This document shows, one piece after another, positions 10,761-21,173 of a stretch of DNA of 64,000 bases. The DNA is from Anaeromyxobacteraceae bacterium (lineage in GTDB: Bacteria > Myxococcota > Myxococcia > Myxococcales > Anaeromyxobacteraceae): positions 1,504,001 through 1,568,000 of the forward strand of contig JASGHJ010000002.1 of NCBI GenBank assembly GCA_047602405.1. Direction: 5' to 3'. The position numbers and the translations under genes were made by a program. Positions within the stretch are counted from its first letter, which is position 1. Each line of letters starts with the position of its first letter. The notes below the pieces were generated by a model. It saw only the letters and a program-made list of their open reading frames with translations. It searched no databases and was not told the DNA's origin.

Positions 10761-10857
10761 GGGGGCTCGGCGCCCCCCGCCCCGCCGAGCGAAGCTCGTC
10801 GGGGCCCCACCCCGGCAGCAGCTGCTCGAGGGGGGGGGCAACACCCCCATCCCGGCA
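10761..10857. repeat. REP-like palindromic intergenic element (module A)
   Basis: cccgccgagcgaagctcgtcggggccccaccccggcagc; related copies at ~32336, ~34622, ~38012 (reverse) and ~50528. Confidence 0.7.
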
Positions 10858-10874
10858 GCGAGGGTGATCGCTGG

Positions 10875-12179
10875 ATGACCGACCTCCCCGACGCCCTCGC
10901 CCGCGCGGCGCTCCCCGCCTCGATCCTCGACGTGCTCCGCCGGCTCGGCGAGGCCGGCCACCGCTCGTGGCTCGTCGGCGGGGCGGTCCGCGATTTGCTG
11001 CTCGGCCGCGTCCGGGAGGGCACCGACTTCGACGTCGCGACGCCGGCGACGCCGCAGGCGGTGAGCGCGCTCTTCCCGAAGGTCATCCCGACCGGCATCG
11101 ACCACGGCACCGTGACGGTGATCGCGCGGGGCGAGCACGTCGAGGTGACGACCTTCCGCGGGGAGGGGGCCTACGAGGACGGCCGGCGCCCGTCCTCGGT
11201 CACCTTCCACGGCGATCTCGAGGCCGATCTCGCGCGCCGGGACCTGACCATCAACGCGATCGCCTGGGACCCGCTCGCGGGCGAGCTCCGCGACCCCTTC
11301 GGCGGGCAGGCGGACCTCGCCGCGCGCCGCGTGCGCGCGGTGGGCGACCCGGCCGCCCGCTTCGGCGAGGACGGCCTGCGCGCGCTCCGGGCGGTCCGCT
11401 TCGCGGCGCAGCTGGGCTTCGCGCTCGATCCCCCGACCGAGGCCGCGATCCCCGGCGTGCTGCCGGTCGTGCGGAAGGTCTCCGTCGAGCGGATCGCCGA
11501 CGAGCTCGTGAAGACCGCCACCGCGCCCGACCCGGCGCGCGGGCTCGCGCTCCTCGCGTCGACCGGCCTCCTCGGCGCCGTCCTGCCGGAGCTCGCGGCG
11601 GTGCCCGCCGCGGCGCGGGAGCACGCGGGCCGCGTCGCGGGGGCGCTCGCGCCCGAGCCGTCCCTGCGCCTCGCCGCGCTCCTCCACGTGCTGCCGGCCG
11701 CCCGGGTCGGCCCGCTCCTCCTCGCGCTGCGCCTCTCCCGGAGGCTCGCCGACGAGGCCGGGGCGCTCGCCGCCGCGCACCGCTGCCGCCTCGCCAACAC
11801 CACGCCCCCGGCCGCGGGCGAGCCGGTGCGGCGCTGGCTCTCCGCCGCCGGCCGGGCGCGCGGTCCTGCGCTCGCCGCCCTCGCCCGGGCGGAGGCGGAG
11901 GCGTCCCCGCCGGGCGCGCGCGCGGCGGCCCTCGCGGAGGCGAGCGCGCTCGCGGCGGCGGTCGACGCGCTCGGCCCCGGCGTGCCGCTCGAGCCCCGCG
12001 ATCTCGCGCTCGACGGGGGCGCGCTCATGCGGCTCCTCGGCATCCCGCCGGGGCCGGAGGTGGGGCTCGCGCTGCGGCACCTGCTCGACCGGGTGCTCGC
12101 GGATCCCGGCCTCAACTCGGCGTCCGCGCTCGAGGCGGAGGCGAGGGCGTGGTGGGCGGGGCGCGCCGGCCGGTTATGA
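10875..12179 (+). CDS. cca: Class II tRNA nucleotidyltransferase (CCA-adding/polyA polymerase family)
   Basis: LVGGAVRDLLLG, DFDVAT, EVTTFR, DLARRDLTINAIA, RFGEDGLRALRAVRF and SVERI motifs. Confidence 0.9.
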   Translation: MTDLPDALARAALPASILDVLRRLGEAGHRSWLVGGAVRDLLLGRVREGTDFDVATPATPQAVSALFPKVIPTGIDHGTVTVIARGEHVEVTTFRGEGAYEDGRRPSSVTFHGDLEADLARRDLTINAIAWDPLAGELRDPFGGQADLAARRVRAVGDPAARFGEDGLRALRAVRFAAQLGFALDPPTEAAIPGVLPVVRKVSVERIADELVKTATAPDPARGLALLASTGLLGAVLPELAAVPAAAREHAGRVAGALAPEPSLRLAALLHVLPAARVGPLLLALRLSRRLADEAGALAAAHRCRLANTTPPAAGEPVRRWLSAAGRARGPALAALARAEAEASPPGARAAALAEASALAAAVDALGPGVPLEPRDLALDGGALMRLLGIPPGPEVGLALRHLLDRVLADPGLNSASALEAEARAWWAGRAGRL

Positions 12180-12964
12180 TCGGGGGACCGATGGACTCCG
12201 ACGACGACGCCCGCCGGGCCTTCATGCGGAACCTCGCGCACGAGCTCTCCGGGCCGCTCACGCCCATCGCGGGCTACCTGCGCATCCTGCAGGGCGAGAA
12301 GCTCGGCGCGCTCTCGCCGCAGCAGCGGCGCATCGTCGAGGCCATGCTGCACGCGTCGGTGCGGCTCACCCGGATCGTCGAGAACCTGTCCGACTTCGCC
12401 ACCCTCGGCGCGCCGGAGACGCGGCTGCACGCCGAGCCGTTCGACCCGGACCGGCTCGCCGAGGAGGTCGTCGAGGAGCAGCGGGGGGCCATCCGGGACG
12501 GCCGGCTGCACGTCGAGGTGGTGCCCTCGGGGCAGGGGCCGCTCCTCGGCGACGGCAAGAAGCTCCGCCAGGCGCTCGGCAACCTGGTGTCGAACGCGGT
12601 GAAGTTCTCGCCGCACGGCGCCGAGGTGCGGGTGGAGGTGCTCCGGGCCGGCGGCCGCCTGCGCTTCCGGGTCTGGGACCAGGGCCCGGGCATCCCGCTC
12701 GGCGCGGGGGACGGGCTCTTCGAGCCGCTCCGCCACGCGCGGCGCCGCGCCGGCGACGACGCCGGCCCGCCGGGCTCCGGCCTCGGCCTGCCGGTCGCCC
12801 GCCGCATCGCCGAGGCCCACGGCGGCACGGTCACCTTCGAGTCGCCTCCGCGCACGCAGCCCGTCGCCGCCGGGCACGCCTACGCCGGCGCGCTGTTCGT
12901 GCTCGACGTGGCGGCGGCGCCGGCGGACGACGCCGGGTTGCCGGCCGGCCCCGGTCTCCGCTAG
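12176..12964 (+). CDS. Histidine kinase (HisKA + HATPase_c) with no sensor domain
   Basis: H-box [13 protein letters not shown]-box [10 protein letters not shown]1 VWDQGPGI, G2 GSGLGL; ATGA overlap with cca stop. Confidence 0.85.
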   Translation: MIGGPMDSDDDARRAFMRNLAHELSGPLTPIAGYLRILQGEKLGALSPQQRRIVEAMLHASVRLTRIVENLSDFATLGAPETRLHAEPFDPDRLAEEVVEEQRGAIRDGRLHVEVVPSGQGPLLGDGKKLRQALGNLVSNAVKFSPHGAEVRVEVLRAGGRLRFRVWDQGPGIPLGAGDGLFEPLRHARRRAGDDAGPPGSGLGLPVARRIAEAHGGTVTFESPPRTQPVAAGHAYAGALFVLDVAAAPADDAGLPAGPGLR

Positions 12965-12974
12965 GTACCCGCCC

Positions 12975-14033
12975 GTGCGCGTGCTCGTGGCCATGTCCGG
13001 CGGGGTCGACTCCTCGACCGCGGCGGCGCTCCTGAAGGGCGAGGGGCACGAGGTGCTCGGCGTCGCCATGCGCGTCGCGGACCACGCCGACCCGGCCCGA
13101 GGCCGCTCCTGCTGCGCGCCCGACGACCTCGACGACGCCCGCGCCGTCGCGCGGCGGCTCGGGATCCCGTTCTTCGTCGCGAACGTGGAGGCCCGCTTCA
13201 AGGAGCGGGTGATCGACCCGTTCGTCCAGGACTACCTCGAGGGCCGCACCCCCAACCCCTGCATCGCCTGCAACGTCGACGTGAAGTTCGACTGGCTGCT
13301 CGCGCGCGCCCGCGCGCTCGGCGCGCGGCTCGCGACCGGGCACTACGCCCGCGTCGAGCGGCGGGGCGGACGCTGGGCGCTCTGCACCGCGGCCGACCCG
13401 GCGAAGGACCAGACCTACTTCCTCTACGGGCTCGGCCAGGCGGAGCTCGAGCAGGTCCTGTTCCCGGTCGGCCACCTCGGGAAGCCGGCGGTGCGCGAGG
13501 CGGCCGCGCGGGCCGGGCTGCCCACCGCTGCGAAGGCCGAGTCGCAGGAGATCTGCTTCGTGCCCGACCACGACGCCGCCGGCTTCGTCGCGCTGCGCGC
13601 CGGGGCGGCCGCGCGCGGGGGCGAGCTCGTCTCCACCTCGGGCGAGGTGCTGGGCCGGCACGACGGCGTGCACCGGTTCACGGTCGGCCAGCGCAGGGGG
13701 ATCGGGCTCTCCGGCCCGGCGCCGCGGTACGTCGTGCGGCTCGAACCCGGGGCCGGGCGGGTCGTGGTGGGGAGCGCCGAGGAGGCGAGCACGAGCCGGT
13801 TCCGGGCGGTCGAGGCCCGCTGGACCGCGGGCGCGCCCCCGGCCGCCCAGGTCGAGGTGACCGTCAAGGTCCGCCACCGCCACGAGGGCGAGCGCGCCAC
13901 GATCCGCGCCGCCGGGGCGGGGATCGTGGAGGTCGTCCTCGCCCGTCCGGTGCGCGGCGTCGCGCCCGGCCAGGCCGCCGTCTTCTACGACGGGGACGAG
14001 GTGCTGGGCGGGGGTCGGATCCAGGCCGGCTGA
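12975..14033 (+). CDS. mnmA: tRNA 2-thiouridine(34) synthase MnmA
   Basis: [49 protein letters not shown] and PGQAAVFY motifs. Confidence 0.97.
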   Translation: MRVLVAMSGGVDSSTAAALLKGEGHEVLGVAMRVADHADPARGRSCCAPDDLDDARAVARRLGIPFFVANVEARFKERVIDPFVQDYLEGRTPNPCIACNVDVKFDWLLARARALGARLATGHYARVERRGGRWALCTAADPAKDQTYFLYGLGQAELEQVLFPVGHLGKPAVREAAARAGLPTAAKAESQEICFVPDHDAAGFVALRAGAAARGGELVSTSGEVLGRHDGVHRFTVGQRRGIGLSGPAPRYVVRLEPGAGRVVVGSAEEASTSRFRAVEARWTAGAPPAAQVEVTVKVRHRHEGERATIRAAGAGIVEVVLARPVRGVAPGQAAVFYDGDEVLGGGRIQAG

Positions 14034-14049
14034 CGCTCCACCCGGAAGC

Positions 14050-14078
14050 TTGCTCCGCGGGCGGGGTCGGCCTATTCC
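14050..14078 (+). promoter_or_regulatory. Putative sigma70-type promoter for kamD operon
   Basis: TTGCTC-N17-TATTCC, 8 nt before the ATG at 14087. Confidence 0.4.
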
Positions 14079-14086
14079 TCCGCGCC

Positions 14087-15682
14087 ATGCGCCTCGCCGA
14101 CGGCCGCCAGGTCCCCGACCTCCACATCGATCCCGAGCTCGTCGCCCGCTGCCGGAGCCTGGCCGACCAGGTGACGGCCCAGGTGCTCGAGATGGTGCGG
14201 CGGCACACCACCGTCTCGATCGAGCGGACCGTGCTGCGCCTCTTCGGCCTCCACGACGCGGGGCCCCGCGGCGTGCCGCTCGTCAACCTCGCGGTGGACG
14301 CGCTCCACGAGCGCAAGCTCCTCGGCAAGGGCGCGGCCTACTGGCTGGGCTGGGCGCTCCGCCACGGCGCCACCGACCCGCTCTCCATCGTCGACCGGCT
14401 GACCGCGCTCCCGCCGAACCCGGAGCCTGTCCCCGCCGCCGAGGAGCGGGCGATGCTCGAGGACGTGCGCCGGGAGGCCCGCGCGGCGGTGGCCGAGCTC
14501 GGGCGCCGGGTCGAGGAGCGCAACGCGCTCAAGCAGCAGCTCGGGGTCGGCCCGCGGCCCCACCGCTACCTCATCGTCGCGACCGGCAACATCCACGACG
14601 ACGTCGAGCAGGCGGTCGCCGCGGCGCAGGCCGGCGCGGACGTCATCGCGGTCATCCGCTCCACCGCGCAGTCCCTCCTCGACTACGTGCCGCACGGCGC
14701 GACCACCGAGGGCTACGGCGGCACCTACGCCACCCAGGAGAACTTCCGCATCATGCGGGCGGCCCTCGACGAGGAGTCGCGCCGGCTGTCGCGGTACGTC
14801 CACCTGACGAACTACTCCTCCGGCCTCTGCATGCCGGAGATCGCGTTCTCGGCGGCGTGGGAGCGGCTCGACATGCTCCTCAACGACGCGATGTACGGGA
14901 TCCTCTTCCGCGACATCAACATGAAGCGGACGCTGTGCGACCAGTACTTCTCGCGCCGGATCTGCGCGCTCGCGGACGTCATCATCAACACCGGCGAGGA
15001 CAACTACATCACCACCGCCGACGCCGACGAGGCCGCTCACACGGTCATCGCCTCGCAGTTCGTGAACGAGAGCTTCGCCCACCGGGCCGGGCTTCCCGAC
15101 CGCCTCATCGGGCTCGGGCACTCCTTCGAGATCGACCCGGCCCGCGAGGACACCATCGCCCGCGAGTTCGCGCAGGCGCTCCTCGTGCGCACGCTCTTCC
15201 CGGACGCGCCCATCAAGTACATGCCGCCCACGAAGCACAAGCAGGGCGACATCTTCTTCAGCCACGCCTACGACGTCATGGCGAACGTCGTCTCCTGGAC
15301 GACGGGGCAGGGCATCCAGCTCCTCGGCATGATGACCGAGGCCATGCACAACCCCTTCCTCATGGACCGGTACGTCGCGCTCAAGGGCTCGGCCTACGTC
15401 TACAAGGCCTGGAAGTCGATGGGCGGCGAGATCCAGTTCCGCCCGGGCGGGATGGTCGAGACCCGCGCGAAGGAGACGCTCGCGAAGGCCCTCGAGCTCC
15501 TCGAGGAGGTCGCGCGGGACGGGCTGATGCAGGCGATCGGCAACGCCCGGTTCGGCGACGTGTCGCGCAGGGAGGACGGCGGGAAGGGGCTCGCCGGCGT
15601 GGTGGAGCGCGGGCCCGACTACTTCAACCCGTTCCTCGAGCTCATGGAGGCGGGCGGCGCCGCGGGGGCGCGGGCCCGGTGA
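14087..15682 (+). CDS. kamD: Beta-lysine 5,6-aminomutase alpha subunit
   Basis: [65 protein letters not shown] and KYMPPTK motifs. Confidence 0.95.
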   Translation: MRLADGRQVPDLHIDPELVARCRSLADQVTAQVLEMVRRHTTVSIERTVLRLFGLHDAGPRGVPLVNLAVDALHERKLLGKGAAYWLGWALRHGATDPLSIVDRLTALPPNPEPVPAAEERAMLEDVRREARAAVAELGRRVEERNALKQQLGVGPRPHRYLIVATGNIHDDVEQAVAAAQAGADVIAVIRSTAQSLLDYVPHGATTEGYGGTYATQENFRIMRAALDEESRRLSRYVHLTNYSSGLCMPEIAFSAAWERLDMLLNDAMYGILFRDINMKRTLCDQYFSRRICALADVIINTGEDNYITTADADEAAHTVIASQFVNESFAHRAGLPDRLIGLGHSFEIDPAREDTIAREFAQALLVRTLFPDAPIKYMPPTKHKQGDIFFSHAYDVMANVVSWTTGQGIQLLGMMTEAMHNPFLMDRYVALKGSAYVYKAWKSMGGEIQFRPGGMVETRAKETLAKALELLEEVARDGLMQAIGNARFGDVSRREDGGKGLAGVVERGPDYFNPFLELMEAGGAAGARAR

Positions 15683-16200
15683 GGCGGCTCCTCCAGGCCG
15701 CCGCGCTCGCCGCCCTCGCGGGCTGCGCCAGCGTGGCGAGGATCTTCGAGTCCCCGCCCGCGCCGGAGCCGGCCACGCGCGAGGGGTGGGTCGCGTACCG
15801 CGTGGCGGACCTCAGGGTCGAGGCGCCCGCCGCGTGGAGGGCCTCGGGCGGCCCGCGGGCGCTCACGCTCGAGGAGCCGGACGGGCAGGCGAAGCTGGCC
15901 GTGAGCGTCTCGGAGGAGCGGTTCCAGGACGCGAAGGCCTGCCTCGCCGCCGGCGACGCGTCGCTCCAGCGCGGCGCGGCCGGCCTCGAGCGCGTGCGCC
16001 GGCACGCGTCGACCTTCGCCGGGGCGCCGGCGGTGGAGCAGGAGGCCGACCAGGGCGCCTGGCACGGCTGGGCGTGGGCGGTGTGCGACCGTGGCACGCA
16101 GTACCGGATCTTCTTCACCGCGCCGGCGACGGCGCCCGCGAGCGTGCTGGAGGTCCACAGGGCCCTCCTCGCCGCCCGGCTCATCGGAGGTGTCTCGTGA
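15679..16200 (+). CDS. Hypothetical lipoprotein (possible PsbP/Mog1p-like fold)
   Basis: Lipobox LAGC after RR-hydrophobic leader; GTGA overlaps at both ends. Confidence 0.7.
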   Translation: MRRLLQAAALAALAGCASVARIFESPPAPEPATREGWVAYRVADLRVEAPAAWRASGGPRALTLEEPDGQAKLAVSVSEERFQDAKACLAAGDASLQRGAAGLERVRRHASTFAGAPAVEQEADQGAWHGWAWAVCDRGTQYRIFFTAPATAPASVLEVHRALLAARLIGGVS

Positions 16201-16968
16201 GACCGCACGACTGGGAGCCCGGGCAGGTCATCCGGCCCTACGGCGACCGCCGCGACGACGGCGTCGTCCAGCTGAGCTTCGTCCTGCCGGTGCCCCCGGG
16301 CGAGCGCGCCCGCGAGGCGGCCGGCGAGCTCGCGAAGAAGATGGGGCTCGAGCAGGTGCACGTCGCGGCCATGGAGCCCGCGGCCGAGCGCTACACCTTC
16401 TTCGTCGTCTACGGCCGCACCGGCGTCACCGTCGACTACGGGAAGCTGCAGGTGCCCGAGGTGGTGGTCCGCAAGAAGGGCTTCGACGAGCTCAACGCGT
16501 ACGCGCAGAAGGAGGTCGGGCGCCGCATCGTGGTGCTCGGCGCCTGCACGGGCTCCGACGCGCACACCGTCGGCATCGACGCGATCGATGAACATGAAGG
16601 GCTTCTCGGGCGACTACGGGCTCGAGCGCTACGCCTGCTTCGAGGCCCAGAACCTGGGTGCGCAGGTCGAGACCGCGCGGCTGGCGCGGCTCTGCAAGGA
16701 GCGGAGCGCGGACGCGGTGCTGGTCTCGCAGGTGGTCACCCAGCGCGACGTGCACAAGGAGAACGCGCGCGAGCTCATCCACGAGCTCGAGAAGCTCGGC
16801 ATCCGCGAGCGCACCATCACGCTCCTCGGCGGCCCGCGCATCGACCACCGGCTCGCGGTCGAGCTCGGGTACGACGCGGGCTTCGGGCCGGGCACGAAGC
16901 CCTCCGAGGTCGCGAACTTCATCGTCGGCGCGGTCCTCAAGAAGATGGGCAAGGAGATGCACGCGTGA
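16197..16968 (+). CDS. kamE: Beta-lysine 5,6-aminomutase beta (B12-binding) subunit; +1 frameshift at ~16587
   Basis: [21 protein letters not shown]12 motif [11 protein letters not shown] then MNMKG (PLP Lys) in the shifted frame; [15 protein letters not shown]. Confidence 0.93.
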
Positions 16969-17375
16969 GCGCCCCGGTCCCGAAGGTCGGGCAGAAGGTC
17001 GTGCACCGCCTGCGCCTCTCGCAGGCCGACGCCCACTACGGCGGCAACCTCGTCGACGGGGCGCGGGTGCTCGCGCTGTTCGGGGACGTCGCGACCGAGC
17101 TCCTCGTGCGGTCCGACGGCGACGAGGGGCTCTTCCGCGCCTACGACGCGGTCGAGTTCCTGGCCCCGCTCCACGCCGGCGACTTCGTGGAGGCGGAGGG
17201 GGAGATTGTGAAGGCGGGCAACACCTCGCGGGCGATGCGCTTCGAGGCGCGCAAGGTGATCTCGCCGCGCCCGGACCTCAACGAGTCGGCGGCCGACGTG
17301 CTCCCGGAGGTGGTGGTGGTCTGCCGGGCGACCGGCACCTGCGTCGTCCCGAAGGACAAGCAGCGGAGGGGCTGA
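16965..17375 (+). CDS. kal: 3-aminobutyryl-CoA ammonia-lyase (hotdog fold)
   Basis: [35 protein letters not shown] and EARKVI motifs. Confidence 0.92.
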   Translation: MSAPVPKVGQKVVHRLRLSQADAHYGGNLVDGARVLALFGDVATELLVRSDGDEGLFRAYDAVEFLAPLHAGDFVEAEGEIVKAGNTSRAMRFEARKVISPRPDLNESAADVLPEVVVVCRATGTCVVPKDKQRRG

Positions 17376-17376
17376 C

Positions 17377-18204
17377 ATGCCCGAGAAGGTCATCGTCACC
17401 GCGGCGGTGGTGGGCGCCGAGGTCACCCGCGCGCAGAGCCCGGCCGTGCCCTACACGCCGGCCGAGATCGCGGCGGCCTCGGTCGCCGCCTGGCGCGCGG
17501 GCGCCGCGGTCGTGCACCTCCACGCCCGCTGGCCCGACGGCCGCCCCTCGCAGGAGGCCGCCCACTTCCGGGAGATCGTGGAGCGCATCCGCGGGGCCGG
17601 GTGCGACGTCGTGATCCAGTGCTCGACCGGCGGCGCGGTCGGGATGTCGGTCGACGAGCGGCTCGGATCGCTCGTCCCGGGCGCCGAGATGGGCACGCTC
17701 AACCTCGGCACCATGAACTTCGGGGACGAGGTCTTCCAGAACACCCGCCCCGACATCGTGAAGATCGCCGCCCGGCTGCGCGAGCGGCGGCTCGTCCCCG
17801 AGTGCGAGCTCTACGACGCCGGCATGCTCGACACGCTCCGCTGGCTCCTCGAGAAGGGCCACCTCGCGCGCCCGTACCAGGTGCAGTTCGTGCTGGGCGT
17901 GCCCGGGGGCATGGCCGCGAACGAGCGGAACCTCCGGTTCCTGCTGGAGGGGCTGCCGGAGGCGGTGCACTGGAGCGTCGCCGGGGTGGGGCGCCACCAG
18001 CTCCCCATGGCCGAGCTCGCGCTCGCGCTCGGCGGCCACGTGCGGGTCGGGCTCGAGGACAACCTGTACGCGTCGAAGGGCGTGCTCGCGCGCGGCTCCG
18101 ACGAGCTCGTGGAGCGCGCGGCGGCGCTCGCCGCGGCCGCGGGCCGGGCGCTCGCCTCGCCCGGGGAGGCCCGGGCGGCGCTGGGGATCGCGCCGCTCGC
18201 TTGA
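17377..18204 (+). CDS. kce: 3-keto-5-aminohexanoate cleavage enzyme (BKACE/DUF849)
   Basis: IVTAAVVGAE, AGAAVVHLHAR, STGGA and GGHVRVGLEDN motifs; context with kamDE and kal. Confidence 0.92.
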   Translation: MPEKVIVTAAVVGAEVTRAQSPAVPYTPAEIAAASVAAWRAGAAVVHLHARWPDGRPSQEAAHFREIVERIRGAGCDVVIQCSTGGAVGMSVDERLGSLVPGAEMGTLNLGTMNFGDEVFQNTRPDIVKIAARLRERRLVPECELYDAGMLDTLRWLLEKGHLARPYQVQFVLGVPGGMAANERNLRFLLEGLPEAVHWSVAGVGRHQLPMAELALALGGHVRVGLEDNLYASKGVLARGSDELVERAAALAAAAGRALASPGEARAALGIAPLA

Positions 18205-18246
18205 CGCGGGCGGCCGCGCTGCTACGGTCGCCCCGAGGGAGACCCG

Positions 18247-18732
18247 ATGAGCCTCGGCGAGTGGCTGTCCAGGTTTCGCGAGATGCACGAGAAGGCGCGT
18301 CGGAAGCAGCTCAACCCGACGGACCTCTCCGCCTACCGCAAGGGGCGCGACGAGCTCGCCTTCGCGCTGCTCGCCGCGCAGCGCCTCACGCTCAAGCCCG
18401 GTGAGACGCCGCGCCGCGCCCTGCGCGTCGCCCGCGCCCTGCAGGTCGATCTCGACCTCATCACCTCGCGGGACCGGGCCATCACCATCGACATCTCGAC
18501 CGGCGGCTTCTCGTGCCTGCTCGCGAAGTCGCCGCCCCTCGGGGACGAGGTCTCGATCCAGATGCGGATGCCGGCGAGCGATCCGCTCGTGTGCAAGGTC
18601 CGGATCGCCGACGTGAAGCCGCAGTCGGGCAACGTCCGGGTGGCCTTCCAGTTCCTGGGGCTCTCCGAGGACGAGAAGGAACGGCTCGAGCTCTTCGTGT
18701 TCGACACGGTGCTCGCCCAGCTGAGTGGTTAG
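18247..18732 (+). CDS. PilZ-domain protein
   Basis: RRALR (RxxxR) and DISTGG (DxSxxG) c-di-GMP motifs; VAFQF...LSEDEKERL. Confidence 0.85.
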   Translation: MSLGEWLSRFREMHEKARRKQLNPTDLSAYRKGRDELAFALLAAQRLTLKPGETPRRALRVARALQVDLDLITSRDRAITIDISTGGFSCLLAKSPPLGDEVSIQMRMPASDPLVCKVRIADVKPQSGNVRVAFQFLGLSEDEKERLELFVFDTVLAQLSG

Positions 18733-18735
18733 CGG

Positions 18736-18791
18736 GGGGCGTCCCTCGACTCCGGCCCCGCTGCCGCGGGACCTGCGCTCGGGATGACCGG
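18736..18791. repeat. REP-like element (module C) between convergent genes
   Basis: ggggcgtccctcgactccggccccgctg...cgctcgggatgaccgg, near-identical to 50589-50644. Confidence 0.7.
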
Positions 18792-18823
18792 CCCGGCGCA
18801 GGCCCGCAGCGTTCGGCCCCGGA

Positions 18824-19579
18824 CTACTTCGTCGGGATGTCGACGTCGAGCTGGACCGTCCACATCCACTTCGCGCCGTAGCCTGCCGAGTAGTAGTCGG
18901 AGTCGAGGAAGAACACCGGCCCCGTGATCAGCGCGACGTTGGAGTTGAAGTAGGCGCACAGGCCGCCGCCGACCGCGCCCATCCAGTTCTTCCCGGTGGA
19001 GAGATCGCCGACGACGTTGAGCTTGTCGAGGCCGGGGAGGCCGACCTTGATGTCGGGGCTCACGTAGCTCACCATCGCGCCCGGCCGAGCGACCTTGCCG
19101 GTGCTGCCGGTCCACAGCGCCTTCGAGCCCGCGCCGTAGTAGCCGCCGAGGCCGAAGGTGCCGTAGGGCGTGGTCTTCCCGAGGGCGAGGTACGCGAGGT
19201 CGAGGTTGGACACGTCGCTCTTGAACCCGACGTTCATGATCCCGACCGAGACGCCCGGCGACCACTCGCCGAGGGCACCCTCCACGAGCGTGAGCTTCGC
19301 GTTGAGCTGGAGCCAGTCCTGCGTGTAGCCCGGGTAGAAGAGATCGAACCCGACCTCGCCCTGGAGCTTGTCGCCCGGGAGCACGCCGATCGTCAGGCCG
19401 TAGGTGTTCGCGAGCGCACCACCCTCCGCGACGTACGTGTCGTAGGTCAGGTGCGGCACGGCGAACGGCTGCGTGTAGGTCGTCGCCGGGGTCCAGTAGA
19501 CCGTCGACGGCGTGGCGTGCGCCGGGCTGGCCACGGCGAGGCCGGCGGCGACGAGCGCCGTGGCGAGAAGCTTCTTCAT
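18824..19579 (-). CDS. Hypothetical exported protein, probable outer-membrane beta-barrel
   Basis: MKK-hydrophobic-AHA signal peptide, aromatic amphipathic strands, strong SD GGAGGA. Confidence 0.8.
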   Translation of the reverse strand: MKKLLATALVAAGLAVASPAHATPSTVYWTPATTYTQPFAVPHLTYDTYVAEGGALANTYGLTIGVLPGDKLQGEVGFDLFYPGYTQDWLQLNAKLTLVEGALGEWSPGVSVGIMNVGFKSDVSNLDLAYLALGKTTPYGTFGLGGYYGAGSKALWTGSTGKVARPGAMVSYVSPDIKVGLPGLDKLNVVGDLSTGKNWMGAVGGGLCAYFNSNVALITGPVFFLDSDYYSAGYGAKWMWTVQLDVDIPTK

Positions 19580-19620
19580 GGACTCCTCCAGGATTCGCGG
19601 TGAGTGATGCCGTCGGGTGT

Positions 19621-19636
19621 TGCAGCCGACGTGCCG
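19621..19636 (-). promoter_or_regulatory. Putative sigma54 promoter (-24/-12)
   Basis: Minus strand CGGCACGTCGGCTGCA = GG-N10-GC with GGCACG core, ~40 nt upstream of the ATG at 19579. Confidence 0.55.
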
Positions 19637-19753
19637 CGAGGCCCGGGCGGGGTTCGCGCCGTGTTCGGGGAGGTTTCGCGCGGCGCGCGCGGCCGGGCGC
19701 CCGCCGGGCTGCGCGGGCTCCGGTCACCGGGTGCGCGCCGCGCGGGCAGCGGC

Positions 19754-21085
19754 TCAGCGCGTGGTGCGGGTGGTGGTGGCCGGCTTCTTCACGGCCTTCA
19801 CCGGCTTCTTGGCGGCGGTGGCCTTCCTCGTCGCCTTGGCCTTCGTCGTGGTCTTCGCCTTGAGCGAGGTCTTCGCGCCGGCCTTCGCCACCGCGGCGGT
19901 GGCCTTCACGACCCTGCCGCCCTTCTTCGCGACGATCGCGGGCTTCGGCGGCGGCGCGGGAGGAGGCGGCGGGGGCGGACGCCAGGGTGGGAGGTCCGCC
20001 GGGTCGTCGTCGCTCGCGCTCTGGAGCGGCGCGGGCGCGCCCTCGACGGCGCGGTAGGGGCCCTCGTGCTCGGCCGCGGCGCGCGCGGCCGCGGCCGCCC
20101 AGTCGCGCGCCGGCCCGGTGATCCCCGCCTTGTCGAGCGGGGCGAACGGGTTCGGCTCCTTCGCGCGGAGGAGCAGGGCGGACAGGTGGAGCGCGGCGCG
20201 GCCGCGCTCGGCGCCCGGCGTGCCGTTCCGGTCGTCGAGCAGCCGCTCGAGGGCGGCGCGGGCCGTCTTCGGATCGCCCGCGCCGGAGAGGGCGAGCTTC
20301 CCGAGCCCGAGGGCAGCCCGGGGGTGCAGCGGTGAGGCGACGAGGGCGGCCTCGTACGCGGCGCGGGCGCCGGCGAGGTCCTTGCGGGACCGGCGCAGGA
20401 GGTCGCCCTGCGCGGCGAGGCCGGCGGGCAGCTCGGCGGCGGCGGCGCGCGCGGCGGGCTCCTGGCCCGCCTCCAGGTTCCCGGCGAGGAGCGCGACGCG
20501 CGCCTCGATGGCGAGCGCCATGGGGGCGTCGCCCGCCCGGGAAGCGGCGGTGGCGGCGTTGCCCGCCTCGCGCCGACCGAGCGCCAGCGCCGCGTACGCG
20601 AGGCTCGCGTGCGCCGGGACCTTCTCGGCGCGGCCGGGCGTCACGAGCAGCGCCTCCGCCTGATCCTCGGCCGCGGGGTCGCGGTAGTCGGCGAAGAGCA
20701 TCGCGAGGGCGAACGCCCGCACGCTCGCCGCGCCGACGTCGTCGATCTCGGCGAGCGGCTCGAGCTTCGCGGCCGCGTCCCGGTAGCCCGCGGCGGTGTC
20801 GAGGCGGAGGAGGGCCTCGGCCTTGGCGATCCCGTCGGCGACCACCTGCCGCTTGTGGTGCGCCCGGTAGGCCCACAGCGCGCCGCCCACGAGGACCACC
20901 ACGGCGATCGCGATGCCCGCCTTCAGCGCGCTCCCGCCGCCCCCCACCGCCTTCTTCACGAGCGCGGGGTCGAGGTCCTCGTCGGGCTCCGGCAGCGGAC
21001 GGTCCGGGTTCTCCGGGAGCTCCGGCGGCAGCTCGTACGGATCGGGCGTGGGGACGGGCTCGTCGTGATCGTTCGGCTTCGTCAT
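19754..21085 (-). CDS. Membrane-anchored TPR-like protein with poly-Pro linker and Lys/Ala/Thr-rich tail
   Basis: One TM segment (IAIAVVVLVGGALW), Ala/Leu helical repeats (ARAAYEAALVASPLHPRAALGLG), PPPPPPPAPPPK, then AKKG...KKPVKAVKK. Confidence 0.75.
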   Translation of the reverse strand: MTKPNDHDEPVPTPDPYELPPELPENPDRPLPEPDEDLDPALVKKAVGGGGSALKAGIAIAVVVLVGGALWAYRAHHKRQVVADGIAKAEALLRLDTAAGYRDAAAKLEPLAEIDDVGAASVRAFALAMLFADYRDPAAEDQAEALLVTPGRAEKVPAHASLAYAALALGRREAGNAATAASRAGDAPMALAIEARVALLAGNLEAGQEPAARAAAAELPAGLAAQGDLLRRSRKDLAGARAAYEAALVASPLHPRAALGLGKLALSGAGDPKTARAALERLLDDRNGTPGAERGRAALHLSALLLRAKEPNPFAPLDKAGITGPARDWAAAAARAAAEHEGPYRAVEGAPAPLQSASDDDPADLPPWRPPPPPPPAPPPKPAIVAKKGGRVVKATAAVAKAGAKTSLKAKTTTKAKATRKATAAKKPVKAVKKPATTTRTTR

Positions 21086-21173
21086 GCGTGGGCTCGGTCA
21101 GAGGGCGCTTCAAACGCAAACGCCCGTGCCGGCGGCCGGCACGGGCGTCAGGAGCGGTGAGGCCACCGAGGGC

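Noticed and set aside
15786..17375. Apparent KamE-Kal fusion ORF
   Set aside because: Artefact of the extra base at 16587; the corrected kamE ends at 16968.
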